A stretch of 64,000 bases of DNA. It comes from Rubrivivax sp. (GTDB lineage Bacteria > Pseudomonadota > Gammaproteobacteria > Burkholderiales > Burkholderiaceae_C). The position numbers and the translations under genes are program-made. The notes beneath the pieces were generated by a model that was given only the letters and a program-made list of their open reading frames with translations, did not search any database and was not told the origin of the DNA. Positions 53,850 through 61,655 of this stretch are shown here, piece by piece; position 1 is the first letter of the stretch; the number at the start of each line of letters is the position of its first letter. The DNA is taken from NCBI GenBank assembly GCA_046087245.1, contig JBJTZN010000091.1:2842-66841 (forward strand), in the 5' to 3' direction.

Positions 53850-53952
53850 GCTCGGGAGGTAAGGTAAGTCCCGCAGCGAAGTAAAGGAGGAGCATCGGGC
53901 GAGAGCCCGATGCGGGGGACATGAGCGGAGGGACTTGCCTTGCCTCCCGAGC
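53850..53952. repeat. hairpin repeat module 2, inverted relative to module 1 (22-bp outer stem C/C' enclosing core B')
   Basis: C is 53850-53871 (gctcgggaggtaaggtaagtcc). It pairs with C' at 53931-53952 (ggacttgccttgcctcccgagc) with two T:G positions. Core B' at 53872-53930 is the reverse complement of B except for the central hairpin (gcatcgggc-gaga-gcccgatgc). Confidence 0.85.
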
Positions 53953-53994
53953 TCGAAAGATCTCCAAACGCATAAGAATCGAGCAAACCAACTC

Positions 53995-55533
53995 ATGATC
54001 CTGAATCCCGGCCGCCTCACCCTTGACGCCTTGCAGGCCCTTCATGCCGGCGGCGTTCCGTTGGAGCTCGCCTCCACTGCATGGCCGGCCATCGAGGCCA
54101 GTGCGGCGGTGGTGCAGCGGGCCGCGGCCGGCGATACCCCGGTCTATGGCGTCAACACGGGCTTCGGCAAGCTGGCCAGCACGCGCATCGGGGCGGAGGA
54201 CCTGGCGGCCCTGCAGCGCAACCTGATCCGCTCGCACAGCGTGGGCGTGGGCGGGCCGATGGCCGCGCCCGTGGTGCGTCTCATCCTGGCGCTGAAGGCG
54301 GCCAGCCTGGCGCGCGCGCACTCGGGCGTGCGGCCGGTGGTGATCCACAAGCTGCTGGAGGTGTTCAACGCGGGCCTCGTGCCCCACATTCCTTCCCAGG
54401 GTTCCGTGGGCGCCTCGGGCGACCTGGCACCGCTGTCGCACATGACGCTGGCCTTGCTGGGCGAGGGGGAGTTCGTCGTCGACGGACAACGTCAGCCCGC
54501 CGCCGAGGTCTTGCGCGCTCACGCCATCGCGCCGCTGGAGCTGGCGGCCAAGGAAGGCCTGGCGCTGATCAACGGCACGCAGGTCTCCACCGCGCTCGCC
54601 CTGCACGCGCTGTTCAGCTTCGAGCCCGTGCTGGAGGCGGCGCTGGTCATCGGTGCGTTGACGGTGGACGCCGCGCGCGGCAGCGACGGCCCGTTCGATC
54701 CGCGCATCCATGAACTGCGGGGCCAGCCGGGGCAGATTGACGTGGCCCGCTACTACCGCGCGCTGCTGCAGGGCAGCGAGATCCGCTCCTCGCACCGCGA
54801 GGGTGACGACCGCGTGCAGGACCCGTACTGCCTGCGCTGCCAGCCCCAGGTGGTGGGCGCCTGCCTGGGCCAGCTGCGCCACGCCGCGCTGGTGCTGCTG
54901 CGCGAGGCCAATGCGGTGACGGACAACCCCTTGGTTTTTGCCGAGGACGGCCAGATGGTCTCCGGCGGCAATTTCCACGCCGAGCCCGTGGCCCTGGCCG
55001 CCGACGCCATGGCGGTGGCCATCGCCGAGGTCGGGGCCATCGCCGAGCGCCGCATCGCCATGCTGATCGATGCCAACGTCTCGCGCCTGCCGCCCTTCCT
55101 GTGCGCCGACCCGGGCCTGAACAGCGGCTTCATGATCGCGCACGTGACAGCCGCCGCCCTGGCCAGCGAGAACAAGTCGCTCGCGCACCCGGCCAGCGTC
55201 GATTCCCTGCCCACCAGCGCCAACCAGGAGGACCATGTCAGCATGGCCACCTTCGCGGCGCGGCGCCTGCAGCCCATGATCGCCAACGTGGCCCACATCC
55301 TGGGCATCGAGTGGCTGGCGGCGGCGCAGGGCGTGGAGTTCCTGCGGCCCCTGCGCAGCTCGGCCCCGCTGGAGGCGGCCCATGCGCTGTTGCGACAGAC
55401 CTGCCCCGCCATGATGCAGGACCGCTATCTCGCACCCGATATCGAGGCCGCTACGGCGGCCGTTCAGAAGGGCCAGGCGGCCGGCGTGCTGCGCCAGCTT
55501 GCGGGTTTGCCTGCCTTGTGGGTGGCCGCATGA
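53995..55533 (+). CDS. hutH: histidine ammonia-lyase
   Basis: ATG 53995 in ORF 53935..55533 ([20 protein letters not shown]). The MIO-forming motif [12 protein letters not shown] is present. Confidence 0.96.
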   Translation: MILNPGRLTLDALQALHAGGVPLELASTAWPAIEASAAVVQRAAAGDTPVYGVNTGFGKLASTRIGAEDLAALQRNLIRSHSVGVGGPMAAPVVRLILALKAASLARAHSGVRPVVIHKLLEVFNAGLVPHIPSQGSVGASGDLAPLSHMTLALLGEGEFVVDGQRQPAAEVLRAHAIAPLELAAKEGLALINGTQVSTALALHALFSFEPVLEAALVIGALTVDAARGSDGPFDPRIHELRGQPGQIDVARYYRALLQGSEIRSSHREGDDRVQDPYCLRCQPQVVGACLGQLRHAALVLLREANAVTDNPLVFAEDGQMVSGGNFHAEPVALAADAMAVAIAEVGAIAERRIAMLIDANVSRLPPFLCADPGLNSGFMIAHVTAAALASENKSLAHPASVDSLPTSANQEDHVSMATFAARRLQPMIANVAHILGIEWLAAAQGVEFLRPLRSSAPLEAAHALLRQTCPAMMQDRYLAPDIEAATAAVQKGQAAGVLRQLAGLPALWVAA

Positions 55534-55599
55534 GGGGCTTGTGGTCCCTTTCTTCGGTCGCCGTTTATTGCCCAACCGTCACTTGATGAGGAGTCCCCT

Positions 55600-56562
55600 G
55601 TGAAGAAGTCCATGTTCGCCCTGGCCGCTTCGGCCGCTGTCTTGCTGGCCACCCTCGGCACCGCCGCCTCTGCCCAGGAGACCAAGGTCGCCATCGGCAT
55701 GTCCGGCTGGACCGGCTTCGCCCCGCTGACCCTGGCCAAGGAGGCGGGCATCTACAAGAAGCACGGTCTGGACGTCAGCATCAAGAAGATCCCCCAGAAA
55801 GACCGCCACCTGGCCATCGCCTCGGGCGACATCCAGTGCGCAGCCACCACGGTGGAGACCTGGGTGGTCTGGAACGCCAATGGCGTGGCCACCACGCAGA
55901 TCTTCCAGCTCGACAAGAGCTTCGGCGCCGACGGCATGGTGGTCAAGCCCGGCATCAACTCCATCAAGGACTTGAAGGGCAAGACCGTGGCCGCCAGCGC
56001 GCCCGGCACCGCGCCTTACTTCACGCTGGCCTGGATGCTGCGTGAGAACGGCCTGAGCATGAAGGACGTGAAGGTGGTCAATCTCGAGCCGCAGGCCGCC
56101 GCCAACGCCATGATCGCGGGCACCGCCGGCATCGACGCCGCCATGACCTACGAGCCCTTCCTCAGCGCGGTGCGTGCCAGGCCCGAGGCCGGCAAGATCC
56201 TCGCCACCACGCTGGACTACCCGATGATCATGGACACCTTCGGCTGCACGCCCAAGTTCCTCGCCGAGAACCCCCGGGCAGCGAAGGCCCTGACCGACGC
56301 CTACTTCGATGCCGTGGCCATGATCCGGGCCGAGCCGAAGAAGAGCTTCGAGATCATGGGCGCCGATGTCAAGCAGACGGGCGAGGCCTTCGAGAAGAGC
56401 CAGGCGTTCCTGCGCTGGCAGGACCGCGAGGCCAACGCCAGGTTCTTTGCTGGCGAGCATGCCGAGTTCAGCAAGAAGGCCGCCGAGATCCTGCTGGAGG
56501 CCGGCATCATCCGCTCGCTGCCGGACATGTCCAAGCTGGCCGACACCCGCTTCCTGAAGTGA
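55600..56562 (+). CDS. ABC transporter substrate-binding protein, NitT/TauT (NMT1-like) family
   Basis: ORF 55600..56562 (GTG start with GAGGAG upstream). It has a signal peptide MKKSMFALAASAAVLLATLGTAASA and an NMT1/SsuA-like body. Confidence 0.85.
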   Translation: MKKSMFALAASAAVLLATLGTAASAQETKVAIGMSGWTGFAPLTLAKEAGIYKKHGLDVSIKKIPQKDRHLAIASGDIQCAATTVETWVVWNANGVATTQIFQLDKSFGADGMVVKPGINSIKDLKGKTVAASAPGTAPYFTLAWMLRENGLSMKDVKVVNLEPQAAANAMIAGTAGIDAAMTYEPFLSAVRARPEAGKILATTLDYPMIMDTFGCTPKFLAENPRAAKALTDAYFDAVAMIRAEPKKSFEIMGADVKQTGEAFEKSQAFLRWQDREANARFFAGEHAEFSKKAAEILLEAGIIRSLPDMSKLADTRFLK

Positions 56563-56575
56563 CACGGCCTGCATC

Positions 56576-57349
56576 TTGAAGCCGCTGACTCCTGTGGCGC
56601 CCGGCACCCGCGTGGTGTTGGGCGTGGCCTTCTTCGTCGTCTTCGTGGCCGCCTGGGCGGTGGCCACCTTGGGTGGTTTCGTCAGCAAGACCTTCCTGGC
56701 CGATCCGATCACCATGGTGAAGTCGGGATGGGTGTTGCTCACGCAGATGGGTTTTGCCGAGGACATCGGCATGACCGTGTGGCGCGTGGTGGGCGGCTTT
56801 GTCATTGCCGCGGCCATCGCTCTGCCCCTGGGCGTGGCCATGGGCGCCTACAAGCCCATCGAGGCCTTCTTCGAGCCCTTCGTCAGCTTTGCCCGCTACC
56901 TGCCCGCCAGCGCCTTCATTCCGCTGCTCATCCTGTGGGCGGGCATCGGCGAGGCGCAGAAGCTCGCCGTCATCTTCATCGGCAGCTTCTTCCAATTGGT
57001 GCTGATGATTGCGGTGATCGTGGGCAACACGCGGCGTGATCTGGTGGAGGCCGCCTACACGCTGGGCGTGGGCGACCGGGGGCTCATCGGGCGCGTGCTG
57101 CTTCCCGGCGCTGCGCCCGAGATCGCCGAGACGCTGCGCATGGTGCTGGGCTGGGCCTGGACTTATGTGATCGTGGCCGAACTGATCGGTGCCTCCAGCG
57201 GCATCGGCCACATGATCACCGACAGCCAGGCGCTGCTGGCCACCGACCAGATCATCTTCGGCATCATCGTCATCGGCGTCATCGGCCTGGTCAGCGACCT
57301 GCTGTTCAAGGCCGCGAACCGGCGGCTGTTTCCCTGGGCCAGGCTTTGA
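56576..57349 (+). CDS. ABC transporter permease (BPD_transp_1)
   Basis: ORF 56576..57349 (TTG start in the track). It has six TM segments and the EAA-type loop LVEAAYTLGVGDRGLIGRVLLPGAAP. Confidence 0.85.
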   Translation: MKPLTPVAPGTRVVLGVAFFVVFVAAWAVATLGGFVSKTFLADPITMVKSGWVLLTQMGFAEDIGMTVWRVVGGFVIAAAIALPLGVAMGAYKPIEAFFEPFVSFARYLPASAFIPLLILWAGIGEAQKLAVIFIGSFFQLVLMIAVIVGNTRRDLVEAAYTLGVGDRGLIGRVLLPGAAPEIAETLRMVLGWAWTYVIVAELIGASSGIGHMITDSQALLATDQIIFGIIVIGVIGLVSDLLFKAANRRLFPWARL

Positions 57350-57440
57350 GCCCCCAAGCTCGCGTTCGCTTGCTACCCCCCGAGGGGGCCGTTCGCCGAC
57401 GGCCCGGCAGCGCCGGTTCCGTGGCGCCAGCTGGGCTGGA

Positions 57441-58232
57441 GTGTGTCCGTTGACCATCTTGAAGATCCGCGGCGTCGAGCGCCGCTTTGACGGTGCCGGG
57501 GGCGGCACGCTGGCCCTGCAGTCCACCGATCTGGACGTGGCCGAGAACGACTTCGTCACCATCCTCGGGCCGAGCGGCTGCGGCAAAAGCACGCTGCTGC
57601 GCATCGTGGCCGGGCTGGACCACCCCACGGCCGGTGAGGTGCAGCTGGATGGCCAACGCATCGAAGGCCCGGGCGCCGACCGCGGCATGGTGTTCCAGAG
57701 CTACACCCTGTTCCCCTGGCTGAACGTGCTGGACAACGTGTGTTTCGGCCTGCGCGAACGCGGGCTGCCGCGCGCGCAGCAACTCGACATCGCCCACGGC
57801 TTCATCGCCAAGGTCGGCTTGACGGGCTTCGAGCAGCACTACCCCAAGCAGCTTTCGGGTGGCATGCAGCAGCGCACCGCGATCGCCCGCGCGCTGGCCA
57901 ACGGGCCGCGCATCCTGCTGATGGACGAGCCCTTCGGCGCGCTGGACCACCAGACGCGCGAGCTGATGCAGGAGTTGCTGCTGTCCATCTGGGAGGCCGA
58001 GCGCAAGACCGTGCTCTTCGTCACCCACGACATCGACGAGGCCGTGTTCATGGCCAGCCGCACCGTGGTGATGAGCGCGCGACCCGGCCGCATCAAGCTC
58101 GACCGCCCCGTGGACCTGCCGCACCCGCGCCACTACTCGATGAAGACCACCCCGGCCTTCGCCGCGCTGAAGGAAGAGCTGACCGAGTGCGTGCGCGCCG
58201 AGGTGCTGGCGGCGCAGCGGCAGCAACGGTAG
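57441..58232 (+). CDS. ABC transporter ATP-binding protein
   Basis: ORF 57441..58232 with [26 protein letters not shown] and LLMDEPFGALD. Confidence 0.9.
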   Translation: MCPLTILKIRGVERRFDGAGGGTLALQSTDLDVAENDFVTILGPSGCGKSTLLRIVAGLDHPTAGEVQLDGQRIEGPGADRGMVFQSYTLFPWLNVLDNVCFGLRERGLPRAQQLDIAHGFIAKVGLTGFEQHYPKQLSGGMQQRTAIARALANGPRILLMDEPFGALDHQTRELMQELLLSIWEAERKTVLFVTHDIDEAVFMASRTVVMSARPGRIKLDRPVDLPHPRHYSMKTTPAFAALKEELTECVRAEVLAAQRQQR

Positions 58233-58358
58233 CCCGGTCTGCAATCTCGCGGCTTCCAGGCGCTCAAGAATGTACGGCGCCAGCCAGGCCCCGAACAGCA
58301 CCGCGTCCTGCCATCACGTCTCGCGGGTGCTGTCTTGAAGTGGTACACAATACGAATC

Positions 58359-59108
58359 ATGGGTGCAATCGGTCCGTTGTCGAGGTGGACGCTGGTGCGT
58401 GCTTCAAGGGGGTGTGCAGGCATGGCGCTTGTGCTGGCCACGGCTGCTTGTGGTGGGGGTGGTGGGGGTGCGGCACCGGTGGCACCGGTCACCCTGGTGG
58501 TGGACTTCGCCGCCCAGCCCGTGTGCTCGGGGGCCACGGCTGATTACACCGCCGCCACGGCCCCGCCCGACCCCATTTCGGCAAGCTCTCCTTTGCCCGC
58601 GCCTTTTCAGGGCCAGGGGTGGCGTCTGTCGGGTACCAACCGCAGCGACGACCTTTTCGTTTACGTCAAGTGCCGGCTGGCGGGGCTTGAACCGCAGCAA
58701 GCCTACAAGGTGGGCTTTGCGGTGAGCTTCGTCACGGATGCACCCGCAGGCTGCATCGGCGTCGGGGGTCCCCCTGGCGAGGGGGTGACGGTTCATGCGG
58801 GTGCGACGGCGCAGGAACCCCTGACCCAGCTCAAGGGCGATGGCTACTACCGGGTCAACCTCGACCGCGGCAACCAGTCGGTGGGGGGGGGGCAATCGCA
58901 GGCCTTGGGTCACATCGCAAACGCGGTGAGCACCTGCTCGCAGCGGCAATTCGCCGCCAAGACTCTGGGGCCTGCGCCCCTGCTCTTGACCCAGGCCGAT
59001 GCGCAGGGCGGCATCTGGCTGCATGTGGGCATCGATTCTGGTTTCGAGGCCTACAGTGAAGTCTACCTGCGCACCGTGGCACTCACGTTCTCACCTGCCA
59101 CGCCCTGA
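58359..59108 (+). CDS. hypothetical lipoprotein
   Basis: ATG 58359 in ORF 58335..59108. The N-terminus MGAIGPLSRWTLVRASRGCAGMALVLATAAC has a lipobox-like LATAAC followed by GGGGGG. I recognise no family. Confidence 0.55.
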   Translation: MGAIGPLSRWTLVRASRGCAGMALVLATAACGGGGGGAAPVAPVTLVVDFAAQPVCSGATADYTAATAPPDPISASSPLPAPFQGQGWRLSGTNRSDDLFVYVKCRLAGLEPQQAYKVGFAVSFVTDAPAGCIGVGGPPGEGVTVHAGATAQEPLTQLKGDGYYRVNLDRGNQSVGGGQSQALGHIANAVSTCSQRQFAAKTLGPAPLLLTQADAQGGIWLHVGIDSGFEAYSEVYLRTVALTFSPATP

Positions 59109-59311
59109 GGGCCCGCGAGGTGTTCCCGCAAACCCATTCGCGCGGTGGCGCCAGTTCATGCGCTGCAAGGTCTGCATGGGTGCGCTGCGCCCGGTGGGCA
59201 GCACGCTGCAAGCCTTGCTGGCCGGACGCAGGCCCCCGGTCAGGGCAGCGGGGCGAACAGGGCACCGTGTACCGTTTGGCAGTGTCGAGTAGAGCGTTGG
59301 TTCATCAGCCG

Positions 59312-59674
59312 ATGCTGAAGCGGCCGCAGCGCGGCCTCTCGCTGCTGGCGTTCGTCTTCTGGTTGGCCTGGGCAGGGGTTTGCTTGTATGCCAGCATGCT
59401 CTTCATCCCGGTGTTGAATGAGTACAACGCGGTGCAGCGCGCGGTGCGGAAGATTGCACTGTCGGGTGTCACCACGCGGTTTGAAGTGCAGTCCGCCTTT
59501 GATCGGCAAAGACAAATCGACCAGATCGAATCTATCAGTGGCAAGGATCTCAAGATCACCCAGGAAGACAACGAAGTGGTGATCGCTTTCAGCTACGACA
59601 GACCCGTCCTCAAGGTGGGTAAGGCAGTCCTGATGGTGCGCATCAGCGACTCTTCCCGCGGGCCCGGACGGTAG
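59312..59674 (+). CDS. DUF4845-like small membrane-anchored protein
   Basis: ATG 59312 in ORF 59120..59674. It reads MLKRPQRGLSLLAFVFWLAWAGVCLYASMLFIPVLNEYNAVQRAV, the N-terminal TM plus P..EY pattern I recall for DUF4845. G+C is clearly lower than the surroundings (hand counts 48-58% per 60 nt). Confidence 0.6.
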   Translation: MLKRPQRGLSLLAFVFWLAWAGVCLYASMLFIPVLNEYNAVQRAVRKIALSGVTTRFEVQSAFDRQRQIDQIESISGKDLKITQEDNEVVIAFSYDRPVLKVGKAVLMVRISDSSRGPGR

Positions 59675-59912
59675 TCGCGCGTCAACCATCTTGCAGCACC
59701 CGCCATCTCGCACGGGTGTGCCACGCCAGGCTGGCGTCACTGCGGTTCGGTGCGGCTGGCGCGCCACGGCCGCGCCGCCTTCGCGCGCCCGGCAGGCTCC
59801 GTGGGGCCTGATGCAGATGGCGTCCACACGGCGCGGCTGGCGCGAGATCTCCGATGATCGGGGCCGGCGTTTCGAAACATCCTTCAACCCTTGCAAGCGC
59901 TCAGCCGGTGGC

Positions 59913-60596
59913 TCAGCGGCTCAGCCGGTAGGGTTCGTCCTCGACCACGAACCGGTGCTCGGCCAGCGCCCCCGACATCCACTCGGCCACGGCGGGCAAG
60001 GCGCTGACGCGTTCGACGTAGCCGCGCACGGCCGCAGACACCGGCAGCGCGAAGGTGCGCAGCCGCATGCACACCGGGGCGTAGTAGGCATCGGCGATGG
60101 AGAACTCGCCAAAGAGCATCGGGCCGCCGTGCTGCAGCAGCAGGCTCTCCCACATGCTGTGCAGCCGGGCCACGTCGGCGCGAACCCCCGGCTTGTCGCG
60201 CCAGAGCAGGGCCCCGATCTCGGGCAGCGAGGCTTCGATGTTCATCGTGCAATGCGTCCGCAGGGCGGTGAAGCCCGCGTGCATCTCGGCGCAGATGCTG
60301 CGTGCCCGGGCCCGCGCTGCGGGGTCGGCGGGCCACAGCCGCTTCCCGGGGAAGCGCTCCGCCAGCGTCTCGGCAATCGCCAGCGAGTCCCACACCGCCA
60401 GGCTGCCGTCCAGGAGGATGGGCACCTTGCCCACGGGGCTGAGCGCCAGCACCCGTCGCTTGAAGTCGGAGCCCGGTTCCATGTCGTCGAAAGCCACCAT
60501 GACCTCTTCGAAGGCGATGCCGGCCTGGCGCATCAACACCCAGGGCCGCATGGACCAGGACGAGTAGTTCTTGTTCGCGATGACAAGTTGGAGCAT
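59913..60596 (-). CDS. glutathione S-transferase
   Basis: ATG 60596 in ORF 59913..60728. It reads MLQLVIANKNYSSWSMRPWVLMRQAGIAFEE...SPVGKVPILLDGSLAVWDSLAIAETL, a thioredoxin-like N-domain followed by a GST C-domain. Confidence 0.85.
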   Translation of the reverse strand: MLQLVIANKNYSSWSMRPWVLMRQAGIAFEEVMVAFDDMEPGSDFKRRVLALSPVGKVPILLDGSLAVWDSLAIAETLAERFPGKRLWPADPAARARARSICAEMHAGFTALRTHCTMNIEASLPEIGALLWRDKPGVRADVARLHSMWESLLLQHGGPMLFGEFSIADAYYAPVCMRLRTFALPVSAAVRGYVERVSALPAVAEWMSGALAEHRFVVEDEPYRLSR

Positions 60597-60633
60597 GGCG
60601 TGGGTACCCTCTGGTTGAACCGGCTGCAGGAAT

Positions 60634-61596
60634 TCACTGTACGGCAGCTTCGAGCAGCCGCAGCGTGCCCGCATCGGCATCGATCTCCGCAGTCGCGCCC
60701 AGCGGCAGGGTGAACTTGTGCTTGACATGGCCGAACTGCGCGCCGGCGTACACGGGCACCCCCAGGGGGCCGAAGTAGTCGTCGAACACCTCGTCCAACG
60801 TGAGTGAGCCGAAGCTTCCCTCGCTGGGCGGGCAATCGGTGAAGCCGCCCAGCACCACCCCGGCCACGCGCTCCAGCGCGCCGGTGAGCATCAGCGTGGA
60901 GAGCATGCGGTCGATGCGGTAGACGTACTCGTTGACGTCCTCCAGGAACAGGATGGCGCCGTCGAACGAAGGCCAGTAGGGCGTGCCGGCCAGCGAGCTC
61001 AGCACGGCCAGGTTGCCCCCCACCAGCGGGCCCTGCGCGATGCCCCCGCGAAGCGTGGTGATGCGGCCTTCCCGGGCCACCAGGTCATCGCCCGGCACCT
61101 CGGCGTTGCGCAGGGTGTGGGCTTGCGCGTCCATGGTCACAGCCTTGAAGTGCTCCACGCTGAAGGCATTCCACTGCGAGCGGCCCAGCGGGCTGTGGAA
61201 GGTGACCAGACCGGTCTTCACGTGCACGGCCGTGATGAGCGCGGTGAGGTCGGAGAAGCCGCCCAGGAACTTGGGGTGCCGTGCAATGAGGTCGTAGTCC
61301 AGCAGCGGCAGCACGCGGTTGGCGCCCGAGCCGCCCGTCATCGCCAGGATGCCGGCCACCTGGGTGTCCTGGAACAGGGCGTGGATGTCGTCGGCGCGCT
61401 GCTGCGGCGTGCCCGCCATGTGCCCGTACCTCGCGCGCAGGTGGGCGCCTTCCCGCACCCGAAAGCCCAGCGTCTTCAGCCGCTCGTGCGTGTGCTCATA
61501 CGCGGCGCGCTCGTAGACCGCGCCCGAGGGGTTGATCAGGCCGATGGTGTCACCGGGGCACAGTCGGGCGGGGCGGGTCAGGGCGGGGCGGGTCAT
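60634..61596 (-). CDS. ldcA: LD-carboxypeptidase (peptidase S66, muramoyltetrapeptide carboxypeptidase)
   Basis: ATG 61596 in ORF 60634..61695. The nucleophile motif GGFSDLTAL and the C-terminal FGHVKHKFTLPLG are present. Confidence 0.85.
   Translation of the reverse strand: MTRPALTRPARLCPGDTIGLINPSGAVYERAAYEHTHERLKTLGFRVREGAHLRARYGHMAGTPQQRADDIHALFQDTQVAGILAMTGGSGANRVLPLLDYDLIARHPKFLGGFSDLTALITAVHVKTGLVTFHSPLGRSQWNAFSVEHFKAVTMDAQAHTLRNAEVPGDDLVAREGRITTLRGGIAQGPLVGGNLAVLSSLAGTPYWPSFDGAILFLEDVNEYVYRIDRMLSTLMLTGALERVAGVVLGGFTDCPPSEGSFGSLTLDEVFDDYFGPLGVPVYAGAQFGHVKHKFTLPLGATAEIDADAGTLRLLEAAVQ
61566..61595. repeat. perfect 15-bp tandem duplication at the 5' end of ldcA
   Basis: gggcggggcgggtca occurs twice (61566-61580 and 61581-61595). 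It encodes M-TRPA-L-TRPA on the minus strand. Confidence 0.9.
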
Positions 61597-61655
61597 GGTG
61601 CTCGGGGCCTTGGGGTGGGTTTCGCAGCGGATCTTGCGGCGGGGGTGGGCCGGAC

